Shown here piece after piece: positions 38,638 through 47,765 of a DNA stretch of 64,000 nucleotides. Source of the DNA: Fimbriimonadia bacterium (GTDB lineage: Bacteria > Armatimonadota > Fimbriimonadia > Fimbriimonadales > JABRVX01); the NCBI GenBank assembly GCA_041483895.1, contig JBGPGO010000014.1, forward strand, positions 36,296-100,295. The letters run 5' to 3'. The first letter of the stretch is position 1. Every line of letters begins with the position of its first letter. Both the position numbers and the translations under genes were made by a program. The notes under the pieces were generated by a model. It saw only the letters and a list, made by a program, of their open reading frames with translations, was not told the origin of the DNA and ran no database searches.

Positions 38638-39699
38638 TTATACCAGTCCGGGTCTTATGGGTCCCAAATCTCGGCCATCGGTCCGCACCCGATGAAGGCC
38701 GAATAGTAGACAGCGAATGGAGCTTGCGGAATGTAAGGGAGTAAGCAGAGTTATATCCTGGCGGGCGTAGTCCATGTCGGTGATGATTCCCTCCGCCATC
38801 GTGTGGCCATGTTCATCCAATGCCCCGACCAACAGGTGGCGAAACGCGCGGGGAGGTGTCAGCGTAACGGACCGCACGCCAAATCGCTCCATGAGCGGAG
38901 CGCGATCGAAGGTGTCTGAGCGAACGCCCGCAACGATATGCAATGTGTCCGCCGTGCGGTCCGCCCACAGAAGATGACCGCCGCAAAGACTGTTGGCGGC
39001 TTGGAACTCCTTGCTCTCCAACTGCCGCCCTGACCGCCAGCGGCATCCCACGATCGCCACCTGCTCGAAGGGAATCACATATTCGGTTGCGTTTTCAAAA
39101 TACCGTGCCCACTGCCATTGGCGTCTTTTTGTACGCTCGCCCGGCGGCCGGCGGATGGCCGCAATGGATGCCGGAACGCGCCGCATATCGATTCCCAACG
39201 TTCCCAACGCGGTCAGCATCGGCTCCAATTCGTTTGTCTTTTGCAGCGCGAGGACAAGATTGGGGCGGAGCAGACGTGCCTTCGTGTGTTTGTAGAGGAT
39301 GGCTCCGAATCCAAAGACATGTCCACACGTATCGATGACCACCGCATCGGCTGAGGCTCGGTCGTATAGCATCTTGGCGGCGCAGAGGGCCAGGGCCGGG
39401 TTGCGCGGCGGGGAGATCACACCGACGAATTCGATGAGCGGGTGCGGCAGATCCGACAAGCTTGGTGTTGGCTCCTCCACGTATGCAAGCCCGATGGTTC
39501 CGGGCGGTCCAATTTCGCTCTGCCCGAGATCACAATCCAAAACCGCGCCACGTTTCCCCACCTCCGCCCAATGGTTGACGAGCGCCGTCGTGAAGCTGGT
39601 CTTGCCGGCGTCCGGCGCGCCCAAAACCATCACCGTTCCGGTGAAATCCCGCAGGGCGTTGAGGTGCTCCTGCCATTCCAGGCTGATCTCGATCGGCAT
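38638..39699 (-). CDS. Clp1/Grc3-like polynucleotide 5'-hydroxyl kinase
   Basis: VMVLGAPDAGKTS, DCDLGQSEIGPPGTIGL, VIDTCG, R....R..RR...W..YF lid motif, LLVG.LD. Confidence 0.85.
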   Translation of the reverse strand: MPIEISLEWQEHLNALRDFTGTVMVLGAPDAGKTSFTTALVNHWAEVGKRGAVLDCDLGQSEIGPPGTIGLAYVEEPTPSLSDLPHPLIEFVGVISPPRNPALALCAAKMLYDRASADAVVIDTCGHVFGFGAILYKHTKARLLRPNLVLALQKTNELEPMLTALGTLGIDMRRVPASIAAIRRPPGERTKRRQWQWARYFENATEYVIPFEQVAIVGCRWRSGRQLESKEFQAANSLCGGHLLWADRTADTLHIVAGVRSDTFDRAPLMERFGVRSVTLTPPRAFRHLLVGALDEHGHTMAEGIITDMDYARQDITLLTPLHSASSIRCLLFGLHRVRTDGRDLGPIRPGLV

Positions 39700-39719
39700 G
39701 CCCGGATTTTGTCACATTC

Positions 39720-39966
39720 TCTTTGTAGCCGCAGGTTCTCGTTCTGACATCCGTATCGATTCGCCACCGCCAAAACCTGCGAGTGACCACGTCCCAGGAA
39801 TCAAAACCGTTTGGATATTTCCACCGTGGTCACGCGCGGGTCTTGTTCGTGGCTGTTCGGGACGGGTGTCAGAATGAGGATCCGCGTCTACGAAGAATTT
39901 CCGCGCGGATATTGTTCGTGGCGGTTCGGTTGGGGTGTAAGAACGAGGATCCGCGGCTACGAAGAG
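39720..39966. repeat. Cluster of three GTAG-type REP-like elements (family R3): one forward, two tandem reverse
   Basis: GTAGCCGCAGGTTCTCGTTCTGACA... at 39726; tandem copies 39833-39896 and 39902-39966 read GTAG(A/C)CGCGGATCCTC.TTCT.ACA on the minus strand. Confidence 0.85.
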
Positions 39967-41606
39967 ATCCAATCGTCTACGAGATTCTCAAGGACCGAAA
40001 GTGGCACCGCACCGTTCAGCAGGACCACGTCGTGGAAATCCCGCAAGCTAAACCGGTCGCCCAGCGCCTTCTCCGCCTTTCGCCGAAGCTGCCACACCTT
40101 GATCTCCCCGATCTTGTACGCCAGCGCCTGGCCCGGCCAGCCTATGTAGCGGTCCACTTCATTGATCACATCGTGGTCCGGCCGGCCGCTGTTTTGCAGG
40201 AAATAGTCGATCGCCTTTTGGCGGTCCCATCGCAGCCAGTGCATGCCGGTATCGACCACCAACCGAATCGCACGCCACATCTCAAACGTGAGCTGCCCGA
40301 ACTTTGTGTAGGGATCGTCGTAAAGACCCATCTCTTCCCCAAGCGACTCGGAATACAGCGCCCACCCTTCCACATACGAAGTCCAGTGGCCGTGACGCCG
40401 GAAATCGGGCAGATCGGTCAGTTCTGTGGCCAGCGCGATCTGCAAATGGTGGCCGGGCACCGCCTCGTGCATCGTGAGCGCCGGCATCTCGTGGCGCATC
40501 CGCGTCTCGGGCATGTACAGATTGATGTAGTAGTTCCCCGCTCGTGATCCGTCTGCCGCCGGCGGGCTGTAGTAGGCCGCCGTGGTATCCGGAGCAATCG
40601 AATCCGGGATCGGAACGACACCGTACGGAATTCGCGGCAGTGTTCGAAAATACTTTGACAAGAGAGGATCGATCTGTTTGCAAAGGGCCCGGGTATACGT
40701 GAGCAGCTCGTCGGCGGAGGTGAAATAGAGCGCCTTGTTGTCGCGGACGTGATTGAAGAAGCCATCCAGCGTCCCCGTGAAATCGGTCCTGCGCATCACC
40801 TTTTCCATCTCTGCGCGTATCCGCGCCACCTCGTCCAACCCGATCTGGTGCACTTCGTCCGGGGTGTAATTCGTGGAGGTGTAGCTCTTAACGAAATATC
40901 GGTACGCCTCTTCGCCGTTCGGGAACTGCCATACGCCCACGCTTGGATAGGTGGCGGGAAGGTAATCGGTTTCGAAAAAGGCGTCGAGCCGCTGGTAGGC
41001 CGGAACGACGACACCTTGAATCGCCGCCGCCGCTGCCCGGCACAACGCGGCATCGTCGGACTTGAGGAACGGCTTGTAGAACCCGCTCTCGGTCGGATCG
41101 GAATGCAGCTGCTTATGGATCTGGTTGGGGATTCGGTCGGCAACGATGCGTGGCTGCACCATCCCGGCACGAATTCCCTCGCGCATCTTCTCGATCGTCT
41201 GGTCCATCAGCACGCCAAAGGTTTGCATGCGGGCGATCCAGTCTTCATAATCCTTTTTGCCCTCAAATGGCAGTGATTCCACCAGCGTGTCCGTGGTTTG
41301 AATGCCGCTGCGCATATCGATCGGAATCAAATGCCAGCGGATCGCATGCCCCTCGATATCCGACTCCAGCTCCTCTTTGAACAGGTCATAGCTGAGCCGG
41401 TCCTGTTTCGCTAATGGGCCACGATCGATTGCGGAAAGTTTGGCGAGCATGTTGACGCGATGCTGGTTCCGCGCCTCGATCGCCGGGAAGCTCTCGTCGC
41501 TCCAACGATCGTTGTATCGCTTGTCACCCAGATACGACGCCCACACGGGTCGCGAGCGCATGCGATACTCCCAGTCCTCTTTGAACAGCTTGTGAAGCAC
41601 TGTCAT
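39957..41606 (-). CDS. DUF885 family protein
   Basis: HEAVPGHHLQ, YVEGWALYSE, WRAIRLVVDTGMH, EVDRY..WPGQALAYKIG. Confidence 0.93.
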   Translation of the reverse strand: MTVLHKLFKEDWEYRMRSRPVWASYLGDKRYNDRWSDESFPAIEARNQHRVNMLAKLSAIDRGPLAKQDRLSYDLFKEELESDIEGHAIRWHLIPIDMRSGIQTTDTLVESLPFEGKKDYEDWIARMQTFGVLMDQTIEKMREGIRAGMVQPRIVADRIPNQIHKQLHSDPTESGFYKPFLKSDDAALCRAAAAAIQGVVVPAYQRLDAFFETDYLPATYPSVGVWQFPNGEEAYRYFVKSYTSTNYTPDEVHQIGLDEVARIRAEMEKVMRRTDFTGTLDGFFNHVRDNKALYFTSADELLTYTRALCKQIDPLLSKYFRTLPRIPYGVVPIPDSIAPDTTAAYYSPPAADGSRAGNYYINLYMPETRMRHEMPALTMHEAVPGHHLQIALATELTDLPDFRRHGHWTSYVEGWALYSESLGEEMGLYDDPYTKFGQLTFEMWRAIRLVVDTGMHWLRWDRQKAIDYFLQNSGRPDHDVINEVDRYIGWPGQALAYKIGEIKVWQLRRKAEKALGDRFSLRDFHDVVLLNGAVPLSVLENLVDDWISS

Positions 41607-43942
41607 TTGGGTGGCAGGATGGAGAATGTCAGGGCGCTGGGACGCTTGGAATCATGGAATATCGTCTGGCTTGCGGCGATCATGCGGGTCGCGGTGGCGT
41701 CCGGCTCGCCGGTATTCAGGTTGCGCGCGTACGACGGGAATTCCGAGCTTTCGATCAGGATCGCCATGCGGTGCCCTTTTTCGAATCGATGCGCCGTGTC
41801 CCACAGATCGATGTGCGCCTTGTACTCCCTGCCGGGCTTCAGCAGCTCCGGCTTATCGAAACTGTTGATGAACTTCGCGCGGATTTTTCCCGGCATGCAA
41901 ATCAGCCGAGCGGCGCCCTTCTCATCGATATCGATGAGGCGAACGAAGAAATCCGTATCCACCGCGGTCGTTGAGAAATACAGGTCGCAGGAAATCGGTC
42001 CGCCAATATCCATCGGCTGCGTGAAGGGCTCGGATCGATAGTATAGATATGCATCGTTGCGCTTTTCGAAATCCATCACCGTCGTTCCCTTGTCCGGGTC
42101 CATCTCGATCTCCTTGGCATCGATCTTTTCCGCGGCCGGGTTGTAGGTGTATCGATCCGGCTCCTCTACCCCCGGCTTGCCGGCTGTCAATTTGCCAACG
42201 CTCTCCTGCCCATTCGCCGGACCGTCCGAAGAAAGATACATCGACATCGGCTTCGAACGGCTATCCGGCCAACTGTCCAATGTCCGCCACTCATTGGCGC
42301 CGGTAACAAACACCTGCGCTTTCGGCAGCTTATCGATCACCGGCTTGTCCTTCAGATATTGATCGAAGAATCGCAGGCACATGGAATTGAGATCTACGAT
42401 GGCATCCGGCCCGTAATCCACGTCTCCGAGTTTGGATGTGCTATTGAAAAAGTGCGTCCATGGGCCATAGATCAGATACTGATTGGTGCGGCCCAAGTCG
42501 CGCATCCGCTGATAGTTGATCTTCGTCCCGATTCCGTCGCCGTCCCACCAGCCGCTCACATGAAAAGCCGGGATCGTGACGTTCTTCATATCCTGCCCGT
42601 AGTTCGCGCCGGCAAACTTGGCCGACGTGTCACGCGTCCACCAATCGTTGACGAAGGGAATGTCGGTACCCAGCACCGCCTCGTCTATCTTGGGCAGCGG
42701 GAGCAAATTGAACTTGTCTGTGTTTTTCACGTCCGCCAACAGGTCGGAGCTGAGGGTTCGCGTGCTGACCGCTCGGGCCCACCAGACCGCGCCGAAGATG
42801 TACGGAATCCCATGATCGTAAGGAAAATTGAAGAACGGGTCGGGCGGAGAGACCTGCGGGATGATGCATTTGAGCGCCGCCGGCTTTTCCACGGCAGCTT
42901 CCCACTGCACCCATCCCAAATAGCTGCCGCCGATCATGCCCACCTTGCCATTCGACCACGGCTGCTTGCTGATCCAATCGATGGTATCGTATCCGTCCTT
43001 GCGCTCGTGGAAGAGCGGCACCCAGTCGCCCTCACTATCGCCGCGCCCGCGCACGTCTTGGGAGACAAGCGCGTAGCCCCGTTTCGCCCACCAATCCGCT
43101 TCGCCGAACGAGGGAAGCCGGCCGTAAGGGGTTCGTATTAATATCGTTGGATACTTGCCATCGCCGGTGGGAATGGCAATCTCCGCGATCGTGTTCACGC
43201 CGTCCCGCATCGGTATCTTGACCGACTTCTCGGTCTTAACGGCCAGAGTTGGCTGACTCAGCTCCGGATAGAGCGTGGACGGATCGACCAACATCTTTTC
43301 GTATCCGACCGCCTGCACCGTAAGCTTCTGCGACGGCACATCCCATCCCACGATCTCTTTGTTCTCGTTGGAGAAAACATCGAATTCCAGCATACCGGCG
43401 CGCATATGCAACACCTGCACGGCATGTTTCTCGCCGGCGACATCCACGGTGCGCGATGGCTTGGCGAGGGCGTCGATGTTCAGGTCCCTCAAGGTGTCCG
43501 GTGAGTAGGTGGGCATTTTCTGAGCGCCCGTTGGATTGGGATTGAACGCGGCAACCATCGTGTCGGCGGTCCACGGATGGAAGTTGGCCATAAACACTTT
43601 TGAGGGCTTGAAATCCTGCTCAGGAATGTCCTTGTCGTTCACCTTCATCTTGACCTTGCCGTTCGCCGCGACAACGATCTGCTTGGTCCCCGCCTGGTCT
43701 TGGTCGATCTTGAACTCGACCAGCTCGCCATTCACCAACCGTCCGGTGAAGCTGCTCTTTATCACCATTCCGGCGATCGTGAGGTCGGTTTCGGACGTAA
43801 ACGTGCCGTCCGGATTGATCTCATAGACGGTCTTGCCACAGTCGGAACCGGAGAAGGTCCAAATCATCTCTTTCTTGTCGGCGAAAAGGGGGATGGTAAG
43901 GATAAGTACGAATGCACAGAAAATCAGGCGAACTGAATTCAT
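41603..43942 (-). CDS. Secreted CocE/NonD family hydrolase with N-terminal extra domain
   Basis: IPMRDGV, RTPY, QDVRGRGDSEG, WSNGKVGMIGGSYLG, GPWTH, FPSYARNLNTG. Confidence 0.92.
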   Translation of the reverse strand: MNSVRLIFCAFVLILTIPLFADKKEMIWTFSGSDCGKTVYEINPDGTFTSETDLTIAGMVIKSSFTGRLVNGELVEFKIDQDQAGTKQIVVAANGKVKMKVNDKDIPEQDFKPSKVFMANFHPWTADTMVAAFNPNPTGAQKMPTYSPDTLRDLNIDALAKPSRTVDVAGEKHAVQVLHMRAGMLEFDVFSNENKEIVGWDVPSQKLTVQAVGYEKMLVDPSTLYPELSQPTLAVKTEKSVKIPMRDGVNTIAEIAIPTGDGKYPTILIRTPYGRLPSFGEADWWAKRGYALVSQDVRGRGDSEGDWVPLFHERKDGYDTIDWISKQPWSNGKVGMIGGSYLGWVQWEAAVEKPAALKCIIPQVSPPDPFFNFPYDHGIPYIFGAVWWARAVSTRTLSSDLLADVKNTDKFNLLPLPKIDEAVLGTDIPFVNDWWTRDTSAKFAGANYGQDMKNVTIPAFHVSGWWDGDGIGTKINYQRMRDLGRTNQYLIYGPWTHFFNSTSKLGDVDYGPDAIVDLNSMCLRFFDQYLKDKPVIDKLPKAQVFVTGANEWRTLDSWPDSRSKPMSMYLSSDGPANGQESVGKLTAGKPGVEEPDRYTYNPAAEKIDAKEIEMDPDKGTTVMDFEKRNDAYLYYRSEPFTQPMDIGGPISCDLYFSTTAVDTDFFVRLIDIDEKGAARLICMPGKIRAKFINSFDKPELLKPGREYKAHIDLWDTAHRFEKGHRMAILIESSEFPSYARNLNTGEPDATATRMIAASQTIFHDSKRPSALTFSILPPK

Positions 43943-43984
43943 GATAGTGGGTATACCCCACTTGGCTTGAAGCGGTTGCGGCCG

Positions 43985-45004
43985 CTAGGCCCTCTTGGCC
44001 CGGCGTGCATTGCGGAGAAACAGGGTCGCCAAGGCGAGAGCCATAAACAATGGGGCGGAGAGGACCGTCAAAGCGAGCGCGATTCCATACCATGCCATCC
44101 CTTCCATCCCCGCCACGTCGAAATAGAATCGCTTTGTGGAGAGCAGCCGGCCCGGCGAACCGTCCGCATTCTGCGACAACAGGAATTCGTAATACGGATA
44201 ATGATCGTTGCTGACCTCGCCACCCCGTATTGCAAGAACCGCAAGCCTACTTCCTGACGCCAAGCTTCCTTCAATCATAACTCCATTGCTCCAATCCCGC
44301 CAGTCGTAGCCGTGGCTCGAGCCGTACAGATCGGTATGGCTTTGCGCGAATTGCCACGTCTTTTGGAGCCGCTCTGGTGGCACATATTGCAACGGGTTCG
44401 GCAGAAGTCCTCTCTGCTTCAGCGCGTGGGGGATGCGCTGGAACGGAAGGCTGTCAACGTCGCTGGTGTATTCGCTCACGCTGCCTGCCGTCTCATGCCG
44501 ATCGATAACGAGCGGGCCGTACTTTTCCGATGAGAAAGGCGTCACCGTCTCGACCCGATCGATTTCGAACACAGTGGGATCGATTCCTGGCCGGGAGAAA
44601 TAGTAGTCCCAGTAGACCTTGTCAATGACCGCGCCAGCGACGACGCTGAGCGCTATCGAAGCCGCCACAGCATAAATCATTGACCGGACGGCGCGCACCG
44701 CCAACGCACCACCGCGAAACAAGGATCCGACAATGGCGGTCGCAATATAGACAAGGGCCAGGACCGAAAAGAGCTGAAGCCAATGCGCTGAGAATTGCAC
44801 GCCACCAGCCGAATCTCTGGTCAATTCCACGCCAAAAAGCCAAAAAGACTCGGTTGTCGATGTGAGGGTAGTTTGGCCGTGCGCCGCCACCTGCTCCGAA
44901 GCGCTTGTACTCCCAAAGAGCACCGCGCTGGTTCCCACGATCAACAGGAATAGCAATATCGAAACCGGGTTGGGCCTGAGACGTGCCGCCAGCTTTTCCA
45001 ACAT
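43985..45004 (-). CDS. Hypothetical membrane protein
   Basis: 339-aa ORF with several TM helices and motif NDHYPYYEF...FYFDVAGMEG. Confidence 0.7.
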   Translation of the reverse strand: MLEKLAARLRPNPVSILLFLLIVGTSAVLFGSTSASEQVAAHGQTTLTSTTESFWLFGVELTRDSAGGVQFSAHWLQLFSVLALVYIATAIVGSLFRGGALAVRAVRSMIYAVAASIALSVVAGAVIDKVYWDYYFSRPGIDPTVFEIDRVETVTPFSSEKYGPLVIDRHETAGSVSEYTSDVDSLPFQRIPHALKQRGLLPNPLQYVPPERLQKTWQFAQSHTDLYGSSHGYDWRDWSNGVMIEGSLASGSRLAVLAIRGGEVSNDHYPYYEFLLSQNADGSPGRLLSTKRFYFDVAGMEGMAWYGIALALTVLSAPLFMALALATLFLRNARRAKRA

Positions 45005-45013
45005 AGAAATCCT

Positions 45014-45841
45014 CTATTCGTGCCCGGGCGCGGCGACCTCAACCAGCGGGTCCCGGACCACCACATCCTGATCCACCCACACCCCGCACGGGCCGCCGCC
45101 GGGGCTGTCCTCGATCTCGACCACCGAGCCATCGAAGCGCAAAACCGGGTGATAGAACGTGGCGACCTGGTGCGCCTCCCCGGCAATGTAGTGTCCGATG
45201 AGCGAAAGCCGGAACCGCTCCGCGCTGGTGTTGGGATAGCTGCCGTGAATCAGTTGGCCATGGAAGAACATCACGTCGCCCGGGTCCATAATCACGGGCG
45301 TCGGCTTCATCCCCTCCGCCAGCGGTACTTCCACGTCGGAAAAGCTGACTTCGTTGTTGGCCTTTTTGGTGCAGAGCAGCGGCAGTTTGTGCGAGCCGGG
45401 GACGACTTGCAGGCAGCCGTTCCCCTCGTCGATCGGCTCCAGCGCCATCCACGCGGCGATGCATGTGCCGGGCTTGGCGCGCAAGTAAAATTGGTCCTGG
45501 TGCAGCGCCTGGCCCCGCGCGCCCGGAGGCTTGAAGTAGAGCATGGTCTGGGCGGCGAATGGCTCCGTGCCCAGAAGCGCGGTCATGGCGTCGCCGAGGC
45601 GCTTATCCAGCAGCCACTTCAGGCTGATCTCATCCCAGCGGTGCATGTGGATCATGCGCGGGTATTTCTGGAGCGGGTCATTGGCGTCGGTATTCGCCGC
45701 CGTATAGTCGCCGGGGAAGGAACCGGAATGCCGCAGGTCCATGAAGTGCTTGTAATAGGCGGCGGCCTCCTCTTTTGAGAAGAGCCCCTTCGCGACCGCG
45801 TAACCGTCGTCCTCAAACTGCCGGACATGATCGGGTGTCAT
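45014..45841 (-). CDS. PhyH-family dioxygenase
   Basis: YFKPPG..GQALHQD, AWMALE, NGCLQVVPGSH, PGDVMFFHG..IHGS..N. Confidence 0.92.
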   Translation of the reverse strand: MTPDHVRQFEDDGYAVAKGLFSKEEAAAYYKHFMDLRHSGSFPGDYTAANTDANDPLQKYPRMIHMHRWDEISLKWLLDKRLGDAMTALLGTEPFAAQTMLYFKPPGARGQALHQDQFYLRAKPGTCIAAWMALEPIDEGNGCLQVVPGSHKLPLLCTKKANNEVSFSDVEVPLAEGMKPTPVIMDPGDVMFFHGQLIHGSYPNTSAERFRLSLIGHYIAGEAHQVATFYHPVLRFDGSVVEIEDSPGGGPCGVWVDQDVVVRDPLVEVAAPGHE

Positions 45842-45866
45842 GATTTCATTGTACAACGAAAAAGCC

Positions 45867-46382
45867 TTACGGCTGGTCCAGAACGTAGAGATTGAGGGTG
45901 AGGTCGTGGAATTCGTCGGTGGGGCCGATAAGGCGCATGGCGAGGCGCTCGGTGACTCGGATGGAGCGACTGTTTTCCGGCAGGACGATAGCGTAGATTT
46001 GATCCAGATGGCATTCACTGAACCCATATTGGACCAACCGCCGACCCGCCTCGGTCGCGTAGCCCTTCCCCCACGCAGTCCGGCCCAGGTGCCAGCCGAC
46101 CTCGACCCGCTCGTCGTTGGGGAGCGGCTTGAACAGCCCATTCCCGACCACATGTCCGCTCGCCTGCTCCTCCAGCGCCCAGGCCCCGTACTTGCCTTCG
46201 TAGGGGGCGTTGCGCTCCAACATGGTCGCGAGACGCTGCCGCTGCTCCTCGATGTTCTCGCATGGCGCAGCCTTCAGCCACCCCATCACCTCCGGGTCGC
46301 CGTAGATGGCAAGCGCATCCTCGGCATCATCTAGGGTCCACGGCCGCAGGATCAGCCGGTCGGTTTTAAATATTTTTTCCAT
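45867..46382 (-). CDS. GNAT N-acetyltransferase (RimJ/RimL type)
   Basis: TDRLILRPW, EVGWHL...WGKGYATEA, PENSRSIRV. Confidence 0.92.
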   Translation of the reverse strand: MEKIFKTDRLILRPWTLDDAEDALAIYGDPEVMGWLKAAPCENIEEQRQRLATMLERNAPYEGKYGAWALEEQASGHVVGNGLFKPLPNDERVEVGWHLGRTAWGKGYATEAGRRLVQYGFSECHLDQIYAIVLPENSRSIRVTERLAMRLIGPTDEFHDLTLNLYVLDQP

Positions 46383-46396
46383 AAGTGAGGGTCGAT

Positions 46397-46454
46397 GTGT
46401 TGGGGTTCACTACCACCGAATCCTCGGCGTGCAGCCAAACCTAGACCCCAACAC
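46397..46454. repeat. Family R1 palindromic element
   Basis: GTGTTGGGGT...ACCCCAACAC, 58 bp. Confidence 0.85.
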
Positions 46455-46457
46455 GAC

Positions 46458-47765
46458 CTAAGCCTTCGGCATAGACCACGGTTTGTGGGTCTCCCGGTGA
46501 AGATGCTTGGACGCGTCCTTGTCCCCGACAATGATCTCCTTCGCCCCGTCCCAATGAATTTTGCGGCCCGTCCAATAAGCGATGTTGGAAAGGTGGCATG
46601 CGCTGGTGGAACGATGCGTGATCTCCACATCCGAATGCGGCCGCTCACGCGATTTGACGCAATCCAGGAAGTTGCGAACATGTGGCTCGTTCTGCTGCGA
46701 TCCACCGTGCGTCTCCAGCGGCTCCTTGGAATTTTCGTGCGTAATCTGCCAACCGCCGCGATCCACGAACAGCGTTCCATCCGATCCATGGAACTGGATA
46801 CCATACCCATGCCCGTCCCGCCCGAAGTTGTTGCAGTCCTGATGATCCCAGATCAACACAAACCCCGGATACTCGAACACCGCGCTCATCGTGTCCGGCG
46901 CCTCCCGATTGTCCTTCAGCACATATTTTCCGCCTGTCGCCGCAACCGAGAGCGGTGCATCCACCTGCATCGCCCAGTGCACGATGTCAATCAGATGCAC
47001 GCCCCAATCGGTCATCTTCCCTCCGGAATAGTCATAGAACCATCGGAAGTTGTAGATGCAGCGGTTCTTGTTGTATGGATGGCGCTTGGCCGGGCCCTGC
47101 CACATCTCCCAATCGAGGTCCGCAGGCGGCGATTCGTCCGGTGGATTGCCAATGCCGTCCGGTGTTATATTCCCGACGATCCAGACATGCACCGAGCTGA
47201 CCTTCCCAATCCTGCCACCCTGAATCGCCGCGACGGCCTCCTGGAAGTGCCGGCCGCTCCGCTGCTGCGTCCCCGTTTGGACGACGCGATTATGCTTCCG
47301 CGCCAGCTTCACGAGCTCCCGGCCCTGGTAGATATCGATCGAGAGCGGCTTTTCGACGTAGACATCTTTTCCCGCCTGGCAGGCCATCCCCGCGACGATG
47401 CAGTGCCAGTGGTCGGGCGTCGCCACAATCATGGCGTCGATATCCTTCCGGTCCAGCACCTCTCGGAAGTCACCGTATGTCTTTGCCTTGTTGCCGGTCA
47501 TCTTAAGGGCCTCGTTCAGGTGGGGCTTAAATGGATCGCAGACCGCCGCGATCTCCACGTCGGCATTCGCCTTGAAAAACCCCAAATCTCCTCGTCCCAT
47601 CCCCCCGCAGCCGATCACTCCGACCACGATCTTATCGCTCGGTGCCACGGCCTTGGTCAGCACCGAACTCCCCAGCGCGCGCATCCCCGCCAGCCCCAGG
47701 CCCGCGCCGACCGCAACCTTGCCCGTCTTTTCCAGAAATTCTCTCCGACTGATATCGCTCATCAT
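46458..47765 (-). CDS. Tat-exported Gfo/Idh/MocA oxidoreductase
   Basis: SRREFL Tat motif; IGCGGMG, ATPDHWH, YVEKP, QTGTQQRS, DWGVHLID. Confidence 0.93.
   Translation of the reverse strand: MMSDISRREFLEKTGKVAVGAGLGLAGMRALGSSVLTKAVAPSDKIVVGVIGCGGMGRGDLGFFKANADVEIAAVCDPFKPHLNEALKMTGNKAKTYGDFREVLDRKDIDAMIVATPDHWHCIVAGMACQAGKDVYVEKPLSIDIYQGRELVKLARKHNRVVQTGTQQRSGRHFQEAVAAIQGGRIGKVSSVHVWIVGNITPDGIGNPPDESPPADLDWEMWQGPAKRHPYNKNRCIYNFRWFYDYSGGKMTDWGVHLIDIVHWAMQVDAPLSVAATGGKYVLKDNREAPDTMSAVFEYPGFVLIWDHQDCNNFGRDGHGYGIQFHGSDGTLFVDRGGWQITHENSKEPLETHGGSQQNEPHVRNFLDCVKSRERPHSDVEITHRSTSACHLSNIAYWTGRKIHWDGAKEIIVGDKDASKHLHRETHKPWSMPKA

Noticed and set aside
39833..39966. CRISPR array
   Set aside because: Only two ~65-bp direct units with no unique spacers, plus an inverted copy; no cas genes; fits a REP-like cluster
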